A stretch of DNA of 33,557 nt from a virus (Duplodnaviria; Caudoviricetes), in IMG/VR virus record IMGVR_UViG_3300032237_000089, positions 1 to 33,557 of that record. One strand, given 5' to 3'. Position numbers and translations under genes: made by a program. Positions 1 to 10,627 of this stretch are shown in pieces. The notes below the pieces were generated by a model. It saw only the letters and a list, made by a program, of their open reading frames with translations. It was not told where the DNA came from and did not search any database. Each line of letters begins with the position of its first letter. Positions within the stretch are counted from its first letter, which is position 1.

Positions 1-123
1 GATGGGATCAACATTGGACAACAAGCTAGACAGTAACGGGGAGTTTCACGGTACTTATGCTCAATGGCGAGCCGCACGCAAGGCCGGAAAAATCCGCTGA
101 TTCCATTCTCATTTTTAAGGACA
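1..123. repeat. Terminal direct repeat, copy 1 (circular-assembly overlap)
   Basis: Bases 1-123 (gatgggatca...ttaaggaca) are identical to 33435-33557; joining the ends places the scaffold gene directly before the capsid gene. Confidence 0.95.
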
Positions 124-127
124 CATC

Positions 128-1375
128 ATGTCGAATAATTTATTGACTATTTCAAAAATTACCAATGAAGCTCTCATGGTTTTGGAAAACGAACTCACCT
201 TCACCGGTGAAGTCGACCGCAACTATGACGATCAATTCGCCGTTGTTGGCGCGAAGATTGGTAACACCGTGAACGTTCGCCGTCCGGGGCGCTTCATTGG
301 TACGACCGGCCCTGCTCTGAACGTTGAAGATTTCAACGAAACCAGCGTACCTGTCACCCTGTCTACCCAGTTCCACGTCGACACCCAATTCACCACGCAA
401 GACTTGGCGCTGTCGCTGGATATGTTCTCGGATCGTGTGCTGAAGCCCGCGATTGCTGCGATTGCCAACAAGATCGACCGCGATGGTCTGTTGATGGCGA
501 AAAACAACACCGCCAACATCGTCGGTACTGCCGGAACTCCTCCGACTGGACTGATTACTTACCTGACCGGCGCTGCGTACCTCGACAGCGAAGGCGCACC
601 GCGTGACGGTCGCCGTTCGTGCATCGTTGAGCCGTTTACCTCCGCGACCATCGTGGACAGTCTGAAAGGTCTGTTCATGCCGTCGGCTAAAATCTCGTCG
701 CAATACGAGAAAGGCTTGATGGGTACGGACTCTGCCGGCATGAAGTGGAAAATGGATCAGAACGTTGTCAATCAGACGTTCGGTTCTTACTCTACCGCTA
801 CCCTCGCTTGCGCTACCACGACCGCTACGGGCTTTCTGACGACTGGCTGGGCTTCGACCTCGACCATCGCCCTGACCGCCACTACCGCGACCGCTGGACT
901 CAAGCAAGGCGACGTGATTCAGATCGCTAACGTCTACGCTGTGAACCCGCAGAACCGTCAAGCCTACGGCTCGAACAAACTGCGTAACTTCGTGGTGACT
1001 GCCGATGTGACCGTCGCTACCAGCGGCACGACCAACGTGACTGTTTCCCCGGCTGTTATTACTGCTGGTCAGTTCCAAAACGTCAGCATCTCGGCTACCT
1101 CGGCTTCGGCTGTTGTTACTCCGTTCAACAACACCGGCGTTGTCTCGCCGCAGAACATCATCATGCACCGCAATGCCTTCACGGTTGCGATGGCTGATCT
1201 TGAACTGCCCGAGGGCGTGCATTTCGCTGGTCGTGCAAGCGACAAAGAACTGGGCATGAGCATCCGCGTTGTCCGTCAATACACTATCAACAACGACTCG
1301 ATTCCGACTCGTCTTGATGTGCTGTATGGATGGGCTCCTCTGTACCCGGAACTCGCTTGCCGCGTTGCAGCTTAA
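128..1375 (+). CDS. Major capsid protein, P22 coat (gp5)-like
   Basis: 415 aa; MSNNLLT..ITNEALMVLENEL, KIGNTVNVRRP, C-terminal RLDVLYGW..YPELACR; follows scaffold; AAGGA RBS. Confidence 0.93.
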   Translation: MSNNLLTISKITNEALMVLENELTFTGEVDRNYDDQFAVVGAKIGNTVNVRRPGRFIGTTGPALNVEDFNETSVPVTLSTQFHVDTQFTTQDLALSLDMFSDRVLKPAIAAIANKIDRDGLLMAKNNTANIVGTAGTPPTGLITYLTGAAYLDSEGAPRDGRRSCIVEPFTSATIVDSLKGLFMPSAKISSQYEKGLMGTDSAGMKWKMDQNVVNQTFGSYSTATLACATTTATGFLTTGWASTSTIALTATTATAGLKQGDVIQIANVYAVNPQNRQAYGSNKLRNFVVTADVTVATSGTTNVTVSPAVITAGQFQNVSISATSASAVVTPFNNTGVVSPQNIIMHRNAFTVAMADLELPEGVHFAGRASDKELGMSIRVVRQYTINNDSIPTRLDVLYGWAPLYPELACRVAA

Positions 1376-1399
1376 TAACTCTTTTTAAAGGAAACGATC

Positions 1400-1831
1400 A
1401 TGGCAAATCCCGGCCCAGCTTCAGTAACTACTATTCACCCGTCAAATTTGGCGACCAATCAGGCGATCCGTCTGCTTGCCTCTGCGAGCGCTGTACCTCT
1501 CTCGTTCACTGGCGATGCAACTGTCACCCTGCAAATCAACAATACGACTTCCTACGCGGTCACCAACGTAGCCATTACCAACGCAAACAAAGACGTTAGC
1601 GCTGGTTACTTGGCAATTTGGACTGGCCCTGCGGGAACGGGTACTGAGATTGTGACCAACGCTGCTCTGACTAGCAACACCAGTTCCGCGTATGTGACCA
1701 ACTCGACGGTAGTGTCTGCTACTAAAAACGCCAACCTTTCGGCGCAAACTCTGTATGTCAAAGTAGGTACTGCCGTCGCCGGTGGTACTGTAGACGTCTT
1801 CGTCTACGGCTACGACTTCAGCGAGTTTTAA
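1400..1831 (+). CDS. Putative capsid decoration/cement protein
   Basis: 143 aa, Ala/Thr-rich, beta-type, ends VDVFVYGYD; lies between capsid gene and terminator; AAGGA RBS. Confidence 0.6.
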   Translation: MANPGPASVTTIHPSNLATNQAIRLLASASAVPLSFTGDATVTLQINNTTSYAVTNVAITNANKDVSAGYLAIWTGPAGTGTEIVTNAALTSNTSSAYVTNSTVVSATKNANLSAQTLYVKVGTAVAGGTVDVFVYGYDFSEF

Positions 1832-1844
1832 TTAGCAATGTAGA

Positions 1845-1885
1845 AAAGGGAAAGCCGCTTCCAAAAGGGGCGGCTTTCTTTCTTT
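1845..1885 (+). terminator. Rho-independent terminator after capsid and decoration genes
   Basis: GAAAGCCGC (1850-58) pairs with GCGGCTTTC (1870-78), followed by TTTCTTT. Confidence 0.85.
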
Positions 1886-1899
1886 AGAAAGGGCGAAAA

Positions 1900-2241
1900 A
1901 TGGTTAACACCTCAGTGATTAGAGTTAGTGGCAAGACGTTTGCGCTTGACCTCACTACCTCGGCTAGTACCGCATTGCTAGTTAGCGCGATCACGAACGA
2001 TCAGACAAACTATGTGCAGTTGCTCAATACCGGAACTGGTATCGCGGCTGTTGAACTGTCGAACAGCAGCACCGTAGCGACTCCTGCAATTCCGACTACC
2101 GGCAACGGCAGCACCAGCTACATTCTGCCCGCTGCTATGAATTACCCGCTGTTGATTGCAGCACCGAAAGCACCGTTCTATCTCAAGGCTATTAGTTCCG
2201 GCACAAATACGCTCTACATTGCCGCCGCCCAAGCCGACTAA
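1900..2241 (+). CDS. Virion structural protein (hypothetical)
   Basis: 113 aa, Thr/Ala-rich, within structural operon. Confidence 0.6.
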   Translation: MVNTSVIRVSGKTFALDLTTSASTALLVSAITNDQTNYVQLLNTGTGIAAVELSNSSTVATPAIPTTGNGSTSYILPAAMNYPLLIAAPKAPFYLKAISSGTNTLYIAAAQAD

Positions 2242-2250
2242 GGGGCTGTT

Positions 2251-4461
2251 ATGTCTCAGACACCAAGCAACGATACTGCTAAGACGCAGACAATAAACAT
2301 TCTGCCGGTGCAGGCTTTGTTTGAGCCTGAGCCGACTCATGCCCTGATTACGTTTATCGGGCCTGCTGGAACGCCGTTTAATGCACCGATTGACCCGAAT
2401 CCATCCGGGTTGAACATTACCAACAGTACGATTAACAGCACCACTATCGGCGCTACTACTCCATCAACGGGCGTATTTACCAACGTTTCGACAACTACCG
2501 GAACGGTTACAACAACGCCCGCTAACGGTACAGACATGGTAAACAAAGCCTATGTTGATGCCGTAGCACAGGGTTTGTCGTTTAAGCCTCCTGCGCTTGT
2601 TGGTACGACTGCAAACATTACGTTGTCGGGACTGCAAACGATTGATGGTGTAACTGTTGCTGCTGGCGACAGGGTTCTAGTCAAGAATCAAACAACGCAA
2701 GCGAATAACGGTATCTATGTTGCTGCATCAGGTACATGGGCGCGGGCTGAAGATGCAAACACCTATGCGGAATTAGTATCGGCATATTTGTTCATCACTT
2801 CGGGATCGACGCAAGCAGGACAGTCTTATGTTTGCACCAGTCAACCCGGCGGCACGCTTGGAACGACTGCAATAACTTGGACTACGTTTACCAATAACGC
2901 AACCTACAATGCGGGCACAGGCCTTACGCTTGCAGGCACAACGTTTTCAATCACTCCTGTCGGCACAGCAAGCACTTACGGATCGGCATCGCAAGTGCCG
3001 GTTATTACGACAAATGCTTCGGGTCAAGTTTCAGGCGTAACAAATACTGCCATCGCTATTTCCAACACCGCAGTTTCGGGTCTTGGCACAATGTCCACGC
3101 AAGCAGCGTCTGCTGTTGCGATTACCGGTGGCACGATTACTGGCACTTCGATTGATAGTTCGGCTGTTGGAGCAACAACTGCTTCAACGGTGCGCGGCAC
3201 TACAATCACCGCAACTACCCAATTTACAGGCGCAGGAACTGGTCTAACGGGTACAGCAAGCGGTCTAAGCATTGGCGGCAGCGCAGCTAGTGCAACGACG
3301 GCAACGACTGCGACAAACGTCACCGGCGGCGCGGCTGGCTCATTGGTCTATCAGACTGCGGCTAGTACGACTTCCACGCTAGGTCTTGGCACTTCGGGCT
3401 ATGTCCTGAGTGCTGGCGCATCTGCTCCGCAATATGTGGCGCAATCAACGCTTGCAGCGGGAACGGCTACGACCGCGACCAACCTTGCAAGTGGTGCAGC
3501 AGGCTCTGTTCCCTATCAAACGGGATCAGGTGCTACCTCAATGCTTGGTCTTGGTACTTCGGGCTATGTATTGACTGCTGGAGCAAGCGCACCGACTTAT
3601 GTTGCACAATCCACGATTGCCGCAGGATCGGCTACGACTGCCACTACAGCGACAAACGTTGCAGGTGGTGCTGCTGGATCATTGGTTTATCAGACAGGAT
3701 CAGGCGCAACCTCGACTCTTGGTTTGGGCACGACTAACTATGTCCTGACAGCGGGTGCATCTGCGCCGCAATACGCCGCACAAAGCACCTTGTCTGTAGG
3801 GTCTGCAACGACCGCAACAAACCTAGCAGGTGGCGCGGCTAGTCAAGTGCCGTATCAAACTGGATCGGGCGCTACGACCTTCCTTGCAAACGGCACATCG
3901 GGTCAGTTTCTTAAGTCAAACGGTGCGAGTGCGCCTTCGTGGGGTGCATCCACGATGGCTATTACGGATGACACAACAACCAACGCAACCCGATATCTGC
4001 TGCTAACTGATTCAACGACTGGCGCAATTTCAACGCAATACACCAGTTCGACAAAGATCAGTTTCAATCCTTCAACCGGCTATTTGACGGTTACAGGGTT
4101 GACTAGTCCAATCATCAACAACCCGACGGTTACAAACTATGTAGAAAGTGTCGTAGCGATTGGTACGGTTACAACGACTAACACGTTGTCGCTAACTAAC
4201 GGCACAGTTCAGACTGCAACCCTAACGGCTTCGACTGCTTGCACGTTTACAATGCCGACTGCGACCGCAGGTAAGTCTTTTATTTTATTGTTGAAACAAG
4301 CAGCTTCGACTGGCAACGGCACTGCAACGTTTACTAGCGTTAAGTGGGGTTCGTCAGGAGCGCCAACTATCACTGCTACTGCTGGCAAGATGGACATTCT
4401 GACGTTTGTGGCTGATGGCACTAACTGGTACGGTTCAATCGCTCAAGGGTACACACCGTAA
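2251..4461 (+). CDS. Tail/head fibre protein with internal repeats
   Basis: 736 aa, T/G/A/S-rich; NKAYVD, LSGLQTIDGV..GDRVLVKNQT..NGIY fibre motifs; C-terminal KMDILTFVADGTNWYG. Confidence 0.82.
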   Translation: MSQTPSNDTAKTQTINILPVQALFEPEPTHALITFIGPAGTPFNAPIDPNPSGLNITNSTINSTTIGATTPSTGVFTNVSTTTGTVTTTPANGTDMVNKAYVDAVAQGLSFKPPALVGTTANITLSGLQTIDGVTVAAGDRVLVKNQTTQANNGIYVAASGTWARAEDANTYAELVSAYLFITSGSTQAGQSYVCTSQPGGTLGTTAITWTTFTNNATYNAGTGLTLAGTTFSITPVGTASTYGSASQVPVITTNASGQVSGVTNTAIAISNTAVSGLGTMSTQAASAVAITGGTITGTSIDSSAVGATTASTVRGTTITATTQFTGAGTGLTGTASGLSIGGSAASATTATTATNVTGGAAGSLVYQTAASTTSTLGLGTSGYVLSAGASAPQYVAQSTLAAGTATTATNLASGAAGSVPYQTGSGATSMLGLGTSGYVLTAGASAPTYVAQSTIAAGSATTATTATNVAGGAAGSLVYQTGSGATSTLGLGTTNYVLTAGASAPQYAAQSTLSVGSATTATNLAGGAASQVPYQTGSGATTFLANGTSGQFLKSNGASAPSWGASTMAITDDTTTNATRYLLLTDSTTGAISTQYTSSTKISFNPSTGYLTVTGLTSPIINNPTVTNYVESVVAIGTVTTTNTLSLTNGTVQTATLTASTACTFTMPTATAGKSFILLLKQAASTGNGTATFTSVKWGSSGAPTITATAGKMDILTFVADGTNWYGSIAQGYTP
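3295..3945 (+). repeat. Four tandem ~55-58 aa repeats in fibre gene
   Basis: ATTATNxxxGAAxxxxYQT...GASAP units start near 3301, 3466, 3640 and 3805. Confidence 0.9.
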
Positions 4462-6008
4462 TGTTTGCAGCTAAAAACTTTTTCATTACAGGTGGTGCGG
4501 GCACTTACACCATCATTGAGCAATTCCTAGCTACAGGACAATGGAAATGCCCTACTGGTGTTACTAGCGTCGATTATCTTGTTGTTGCTGGTGGTGGAGG
4601 TGGAGCTAGTGGCGGCGGTGGCGCAGGTGGATTTAGAACGGGCACAGGTTTTTCTGTAACGCCGGGAACAACTTACACTGTTACTGTTGGCTTGGGCGGT
4701 ACAGGAGGAACAGGGAACACTTCCGGTGCAGCGGCAACTGTGGGAGGAAATTCTGTATTTTCTACCATTACTTCAACGGGCGGCGGTGTTGGCTCAAGAA
4801 CGAGTAACACTGGAGATACGGGCGGAGGAAATGGTGGATCAGGTGGTGGCGGCGGTGGAAGTGCTACTCAATTAATGACTGGGGGAACTGGTAATACCCC
4901 ATCCACAAGCCCATCACAAGGAAATAACGGCGGTACTAATGGCAGTTTTCTAGCTTCGCCTTATCCGGCTGGCGGAGGTGGAGGCTCAAATCCAACCACA
5001 GGAACGGGAGCAAACGCGGTATCTGCTTCCGTATCAGGAGCAGGGGGCGCAGGTACGGCGTCTAGTCTAAGCGGAAGTTCGGTTACTTATGCAGGCGGTG
5101 GCGGTGGCGGGAGTTTTGGTGGCGGCACAGCCGGTGCAGGCGGTTCTGGCGGTGGTGGAGCAGGAAGTGGAACAACAAATGGAACGGCAGGAACTACAAA
5201 TTTAGGTGGCGGCGGTGGCGGTGCAGTTAACACTGGAACAGGCGGCGGTGGCGGTTCAGGCATAGTTATACTGTCTTACACAGTATCTAAAGGTACAGTT
5301 ATAGAGTTTTTGTCTACTGCTACTTGGACTGCACCAACTGGCATTACAACCGTTGATTATTTGGTTGTAGCAGGCGGCGGTGGCGGTGGAACTGGAGTGG
5401 GTGGAACTGCTAACGGAGGCGGAGGTGGGGCTGGAGGATTTTTAACTGGCACTAGCTTTTCTGTTACTGCTGGAACTGTTTACACGATTACCGTTGGCCC
5501 GGGTGGAGCAGCAAACGCCAATGGATCAAACTCAGTATTTTCTAGTATTACTTCTACTGGCGGAGGCGCTGGCGGAACAGGCTCAGGAAATGGTCAAACA
5601 GGCGGATCAGGTGGCGCAGCTAGTAGTTTTGCAACTTCAACTGCTGGATCAGGCACAAGCGGTCAAGGTAATGCAGGTGGAACACAACAAATAAATAACG
5701 CTACAGGCGGTGGCGGTGGTGCTAGTGCGATTGGTGGAAATGGTGCTAGTGCTGTAGGTGGCAATGGTGGCGCGGGTACAGCATCATCTCTTTCCGGCTC
5801 AAGCGTTACCTATGGCGGGGGAGGAGGAGGCTCTGTTAATACTGGAGGAACTGCCGGATCAGGCGGCGCTGGCGGCGGCGGTGCTGGCGGTGTAAGTGCC
5901 GCTGGAACTGCGGGAACTGCAAATCTAGGTGGTGGTGGTGGTGGTGGAGCAGCTTCAGCGGCTGGTGGCGCTGGCGGTTCGGGTATCGTAATTCTTAAAC
6001 TTAATTAA
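4461..6008 (+). CDS. Glycine-rich virion protein with two tandem domains
   Basis: 515 aa; two copies of W..PTG.T.VDYLVVAGGGGG...VTYxGGGGG...GSGIVIL. Confidence 0.82.
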   Translation: MFAAKNFFITGGAGTYTIIEQFLATGQWKCPTGVTSVDYLVVAGGGGGASGGGGAGGFRTGTGFSVTPGTTYTVTVGLGGTGGTGNTSGAAATVGGNSVFSTITSTGGGVGSRTSNTGDTGGGNGGSGGGGGGSATQLMTGGTGNTPSTSPSQGNNGGTNGSFLASPYPAGGGGGSNPTTGTGANAVSASVSGAGGAGTASSLSGSSVTYAGGGGGGSFGGGTAGAGGSGGGGAGSGTTNGTAGTTNLGGGGGGAVNTGTGGGGGSGIVILSYTVSKGTVIEFLSTATWTAPTGITTVDYLVVAGGGGGGTGVGGTANGGGGGAGGFLTGTSFSVTAGTVYTITVGPGGAANANGSNSVFSSITSTGGGAGGTGSGNGQTGGSGGAASSFATSTAGSGTSGQGNAGGTQQINNATGGGGGASAIGGNGASAVGGNGGAGTASSLSGSSVTYGGGGGGSVNTGGTAGSGGAGGGGAGGVSAAGTAGTANLGGGGGGGAASAAGGAGGSGIVILKLN

Positions 6009-6009
6009 C

Positions 6010-6237
6010 ATGACCAAAATCTATCAACTCTATGGCATAGACACGGCAATGCAGTTATTGCGTCCGGGTGCAAAATGGGAAATTACCAATCGCAGCATTA
6101 CGCGGTGGGAGGATGATCGTCCGTGTCCAACTTGGGCTGAGATTGATGCAACGATGGAAAAAATCAAAGCCTTTGAAGATTCTATTCTTACGATTTGGAC
6201 TACTGAGCAAATAGAAAAACTAAGCGGGAGGAACTGA
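6010..6237 (+). CDS. Putative fibre assembly chaperone (XkdW/YorD-like)
   Basis: 75 aa; LRPGAKW...W.D.RPCPTWAEI motif, directly after fibre genes. Confidence 0.55.
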   Translation: MTKIYQLYGIDTAMQLLRPGAKWEITNRSITRWEDDRPCPTWAEIDATMEKIKAFEDSILTIWTTEQIEKLSGRN

Positions 6238-6590
6238 TGGCGCATTTTGTGGAACTAGATGCAAATAATGTAGTGTTGCGTGGGATTGTCGTAGCAAATT
6301 CAGACACAGCTAGTGCTGATGGCACAGAGAAGGAATACATCGGTCAGGCATTTTGTGAGCGTTTGTTAGGCGGTACTTGGAAGCAGACTAGCTACAACGG
6401 CAATTTCCGCAAGAATTATGCTGGCATTGGCTACACCTACGATGCCCAGCGGGATGCGTTTATTCCACCAAAACCCTATCCGTCTTGGGTGCTGGACGAA
6501 GCTACTTGCCAATGGAATGCACCTACCCCAATGCCGACCGATGGCAGATATGAATGGGACGAAACAAATCTTTCATGGATGCAGGTATGA
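6237..6590 (+). CDS. Conserved phage hypothetical protein accompanying Gly-rich protein
   Basis: 117 aa; MAHF.ELD.NN.V, WKQTSYN..FRKNYAGIGYTYD..DAFIPPKPYPSW. Confidence 0.75.
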   Translation: MAHFVELDANNVVLRGIVVANSDTASADGTEKEYIGQAFCERLLGGTWKQTSYNGNFRKNYAGIGYTYDAQRDAFIPPKPYPSWVLDEATCQWNAPTPMPTDGRYEWDETNLSWMQV

Positions 6591-6895
6591 ACCTGCAATG
6601 GGAAATTCTCGGAATTGATGCCGACGAAAACGGGTTAATTACGAGTGCAAATTATCGGGTTACGGCTAGAGGTTATGAGCAGGTTGCCCAAAGCGAAGGA
6701 CATTGGTATTTTACTAATCCGATGTCGAATATCCCCTATGAAAGCATCCGACAACAAGATATCATTGTGTGGATCGAAAAGGCCGACGAATCCGGCAGCA
6801 TTGCGGCAAATCTTGAACGGCAATTGTTGGCGCTGAACAAGGAATCGACCGCGCTTCCGTGGATGAAAAACGCCTTTCAGCCGTTCAAGGAATAG
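6587..6895 (+). CDS. Hypothetical tail-associated protein
   Basis: ATG at 6587 overlaps the upstream stop (ATGA); MNLQWEI...LPW; preferred over the track start at 6554. Confidence 0.65.
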   Translation: MNLQWEILGIDADENGLITSANYRVTARGYEQVAQSEGHWYFTNPMSNIPYESIRQQDIIVWIEKADESGSIAANLERQLLALNKESTALPWMKNAFQPFKE

Positions 6896-6897
6896 CT

Positions 6898-7869
6898 ATG
6901 GCACAACCGATTGACATTATTAGCCGCGCCTTGAAGGACATAGGTGCGCTAGAAGCTGGCGAAACGCCCTCTGCGGATGCCGCGCAAGACGCATTCGATA
7001 TGCTCAACGACCTAGTAGATCAATGGTCAAACGAGCAGATGATGGTTTTCTACAAAACCGAGATCATCTTCCCTGTAGTGCAAAATCAAATTCAATACAC
7101 AATCGGGCCGGGTGGTCAGGTTGGCGCGACATTCATTGGCTCGATCTCAGGGACTACTCTGACGATTACATCTATATCTGCCGGTGCGATAGCTATCGGA
7201 CAGACTCTGAGTGGCACAGGTATCACCGCAGGAACGACCATCACGGGCTTTAATTCGGGCGCAGGCGGCAACATCAACGAGGCGGGAACGTACACCGTCA
7301 ACGTGCCTCAAACTGTCGCCAGCACCACGATATCGGCTTACTACCAACGCCCTCTAGCAATCAATTCGGCGTTTGTTCGAGTAATGACAACTAGCAATGG
7401 CACGCCTATTTATAACGGTGGATTGGATTACCCTGTCGGCGTTTTGAACGTTGAGGAATACGAGCAGATCGGCCTTAAGAGTTTGAACGGGCCTTGGCCT
7501 AAAGCGCTCTACTATATGCCGGGCGAACAACTAGGCACAATTTACGTGTGGCCTAATCCTGCACAGGGCGAGATGCACTTGTTTGCAGATACCGTATTCG
7601 CTCGATATCAAACGATGTACGACAACATCGCTCTGCCGCAAGGCTACAGCATGGCGCTGCGGTGGAATCTTGCCGAGCGTTTGATGCCGATGTATGGCAA
7701 AGCCTCACCGACTCAAATCACGATGATTAACGCTTATGCCGCGCAAGGCAAAGCCACGATTAAGCGTACCAATATGCGACCGACCCAAGCTGCGAGATAT
7801 CCGGATTCCCTTCTTGTTGGCAAGATGAAGGACGCGGGCTGGATATTGTCCGGCGGGTTCATGAGGTAA
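6898..7869 (+). CDS. Head-to-tail adaptor, P22 gp4-like, with inserted beta module
   Basis: [48 protein letters not shown]; AAGGA RBS before ATG 6898; precedes gp10-like gene. Confidence 0.75.
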   Translation: MAQPIDIISRALKDIGALEAGETPSADAAQDAFDMLNDLVDQWSNEQMMVFYKTEIIFPVVQNQIQYTIGPGGQVGATFIGSISGTTLTITSISAGAIAIGQTLSGTGITAGTTITGFNSGAGGNINEAGTYTVNVPQTVASTTISAYYQRPLAINSAFVRVMTTSNGTPIYNGGLDYPVGVLNVEEYEQIGLKSLNGPWPKALYYMPGEQLGTIYVWPNPAQGEMHLFADTVFARYQTMYDNIALPQGYSMALRWNLAERLMPMYGKASPTQITMINAYAAQGKATIKRTNMRPTQAARYPDSLLVGKMKDAGWILSGGFMR

Positions 7870-7872
7870 TAA

Positions 7873-9972
7873 ATGTCGGATTTCGGATTTGTAGGGGCTA
7901 GTTACGAAGCACCTAGTATCTATCAGGATGCACAGGAGTGCATTAACTGGTATCCCGAGGTAGACCCGACTAAACAGCCGGGTGAGCGTGGCGTGGTGGC
8001 TTTATATCCTACGCCGGGACTAGTCTCGCAGATCGTTCTGCGAAATCAGCAAGAAGTTAGGGGGATGCGTACCCTGTCGGGCGGGTCATTGTTGTTGGCG
8101 GTCTGCGGGCCGTATGTCTACACAATGGACTCGACCTTTGTTCCGACAATGATTGGGCAGCTTAACTCGTCATCGGGGCGCGTCGGCATTACTGACAACG
8201 GTCTGAATGCTTACATTGTGGACGGGTCTTATCGTTACACGTGGCGCATCGCAACCCCGGCAGGTGCTCAGTTTATCGGATCGATCTCAGGCACGACTCT
8301 GACCGTTACCCTGATGAACAGCGGCACGATCACGACTGGTCAGCAGCTATTCGGCGTTGGCATCACGGCAGAAACAATCATTACAGCGACTGGTACAGGA
8401 TCGGGTGGGGTTGGTACGTACACCATCAACATCTCGCAGACTGTGGCATCCGAGACAATGAATTCGGTCGTGGTGGCTTCGGTAATGACTGCCTCGATCT
8501 CTAGCGGTGTATCGGCATTTACAATTACCAATGGTGGCACGAGCTACAGCAACCCGATTATTACCTTTAACACGCCTAGCGGCGGGGTAGCGGCGACTGC
8601 AACGGTGACACAAACTGCGGGTGTCATTACGGCAGTTACAATCACCAACCCCGGCAGCGGCTACAGCACGACCGCCACTTTTACGATTGCAGACACGCTA
8701 GGCGGGACTGGTTCATCCGGCGCTGGTACGGTAACCATGTCGAACCTTGGCTTGAACGTCACGGCGACTTCGGGAACTTTGTATCCCGGTCAGACAATCC
8801 AAGGCGCAGGCATTACAGCAAACACCATCATAACGGCGCTAGGTACAGGCACAGGTGGAATTGGTGTTTACTCTGTCAGTCCTGCACAAGCTATTAGCAG
8901 CGAAACGATGTATGCGTTGAACTTCACGGTTTTGCCAGCGTCGGATGGTGCATTCTCAGGCGCATCTTCGGTTGATATTGTTGATAACTACATCGTTTAC
9001 AACCGACCGAACACGCAGCAGTTTGGCGCTACCTCAGCGCTGTCGCCATTTTCTCCGGCGCTATCCTTTGCAAGCAAGGACGGGTCGCCTGATAACTTGG
9101 TGGCAATCATGGTCGATCATCGAGAGGTGTATCTGTTAGGTGAAGTTTCTAGCGAGACGTGGATTGATAACGGAACGTTTCCTTTTCCGTTGCAGCGGAT
9201 ACCGGGCACATCGACGCAACACGGCATAGCGGCAAAGTTTTCTATTGCTAGGCTAGGCAATTCCTTTGCATACATCAGCAAAAACAACCGAGGCGATGCC
9301 ACGATTGTGCAAATGAATGGTTACATTCCGCAGCGTATAAGCACGCACGCGGTAGAGAACACGCTAGAAGGTCAAGTCATTAGCGACGCGATTGCGTGGT
9401 CGTATCAGCTAGAGGGTCACGAAGTCTATGTGATTTCGTTTCCGACTTTGCAACTGACATGGGCTTACGATTCAACGACTGGACTGTGGTTCAAATGGCT
9501 GTATTGCACGAATGCAAACCAATTTCAAAGACATAGAGGAAATTGCTCTGCATTCTTTCAAGGCTCTACCCTTGTCGGAGACTATGAAAACGGCAAGATT
9601 TACGCATTGAAAAATGACATTTTTACGGATGACGGTCAGCAGGTGCGTCGTGTAAGACGATGCCCGCATCTAGTCTCTGATTTTCAGCGGCAATACTTTG
9701 ATGAGTTGCAAATTCAATTCCAACCCGGCGTTGGTGCATCTACTGGTCAAGGCAGCGATCCGCAAGCGATGCTGAGATGGTCAAATGACGGTGGCTCTAC
9801 GTGGTCAAACGAGCATTGGACGACCATCGGTCAGATTGGCAAGTATAAGAATCGTGCGATATGGCGGCGGCTAGGTACTGCGCGAGATCGTATTTTTGAA
9901 GTGGTAATGACTGATCCTATCAAGTGCGTCATTGTCTCTGCCAACCTTAAAGCTACGTCAGGGGAAAGCTAA
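7873..9972 (+). CDS. Packaged DNA stabilization/tail hub protein, P22 gp10-like
   Basis: 699 aa; [57 protein letters not shown]. Confidence 0.85.
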   Translation: MSDFGFVGASYEAPSIYQDAQECINWYPEVDPTKQPGERGVVALYPTPGLVSQIVLRNQQEVRGMRTLSGGSLLLAVCGPYVYTMDSTFVPTMIGQLNSSSGRVGITDNGLNAYIVDGSYRYTWRIATPAGAQFIGSISGTTLTVTLMNSGTITTGQQLFGVGITAETIITATGTGSGGVGTYTINISQTVASETMNSVVVASVMTASISSGVSAFTITNGGTSYSNPIITFNTPSGGVAATATVTQTAGVITAVTITNPGSGYSTTATFTIADTLGGTGSSGAGTVTMSNLGLNVTATSGTLYPGQTIQGAGITANTIITALGTGTGGIGVYSVSPAQAISSETMYALNFTVLPASDGAFSGASSVDIVDNYIVYNRPNTQQFGATSALSPFSPALSFASKDGSPDNLVAIMVDHREVYLLGEVSSETWIDNGTFPFPLQRIPGTSTQHGIAAKFSIARLGNSFAYISKNNRGDATIVQMNGYIPQRISTHAVENTLEGQVISDAIAWSYQLEGHEVYVISFPTLQLTWAYDSTTGLWFKWLYCTNANQFQRHRGNCSAFFQGSTLVGDYENGKIYALKNDIFTDDGQQVRRVRRCPHLVSDFQRQYFDELQIQFQPGVGASTGQGSDPQAMLRWSNDGGSTWSNEHWTTIGQIGKYKNRAIWRRLGTARDRIFEVVMTDPIKCVIVSANLKATSGES

Positions 9973-10196
9973 TGCTACCTACCTCACAGACACAGCCTTA
10001 TCCGCAGTCTGAATTCCTTGATAAGACAACCAATCGCCCGACAAGGACTTGGCAGCAATTCTTTATCAACTTGCTGAACTTTTCGAGTTCGACAAGCGCA
10101 ACGGCAGGTAACTACGTATTGCCTAGCAAGCCTGCGGGCTTTATGAATGTCACGGTTAACGGTCAACAATTCAAAGTGCCGTACTACAACCAATGA
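9972..10196 (+). CDS. Small tail protein (hypothetical)
   Basis: 74 aa, coupled to gp10-like gene (TAATG); ends KVPYY. Confidence 0.6.
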   Translation: MLPTSQTQPYPQSEFLDKTTNRPTRTWQQFFINLLNFSSSTSATAGNYVLPSKPAGFMNVTVNGQQFKVPYYNQ

Positions 10197-10627
10197 ACCT
10201 AATCATTAGCGAAACGCCTAGCCGCGAGCAGATAGACCACTTGCAAGCAGAGATGGTCAAAATGCCGCAGGTTGAACTGCAAACGGATCATTACTTTGCG
10301 GGCGGGATGTATTGCCGTCGCGTGGCTCGACCGGCTGGAACGACGATTGTCGGCAAGGTGCATAAGAAGGCGCATATCTTTCTGTGTGCTGCTGGAGAGA
10401 TCATTGCTTGGTCAGAAAAAGGCATGGTCACATTGAAGGCTGGTGATGTAATTGAATCGCAACCCGGCACTAAGCGCGTGACGTATGCAGTCAAGGATTC
10501 TATCGGCATCACCATCCATCAGACCGACAAGACCGATTTAGATAAGATTGAAGCCGAGATTATTGAACCGGATGTAATGGCGTTGTATGACGCACGAAAT
10601 CAGATCACACAAGGATTACTATCATGA
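10193..10627 (+). CDS. Cupin-fold hypothetical protein
   Basis: HYFAGGMYCR..PAGT.IVGKVHK..H, SQPGTKR; ATGA overlaps at both ends. Confidence 0.7.
   Translation: MNLIISETPSREQIDHLQAEMVKMPQVELQTDHYFAGGMYCRRVARPAGTTIVGKVHKKAHIFLCAAGEIIAWSEKGMVTLKAGDVIESQPGTKRVTYAVKDSIGITIHQTDKTDLDKIEAEIIEPDVMALYDARNQITQGLLS

Noticed and set aside
1-123. Biological direct terminal repeat (T7-like)
   Set aside because: It falls mid-gene and the head genes are P22-like; an assembly overlap is more likely
152-1279. 375-aa - strand ORF opposite the capsid gene
   Set aside because: Antisense shadow of a strongly codon-biased gene; no recognisable motifs
4590-5980. GGCGGCGGTGGC runs as CRISPR or satellite repeats
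   Set aside because: They are poly-Gly codons with no repeat-spacer periodicity
7120-8460. Diversity-generating retroelement TR/VR pair
   Set aside because: No reverse transcriptase in the genome, and the differences are not adenine-specific
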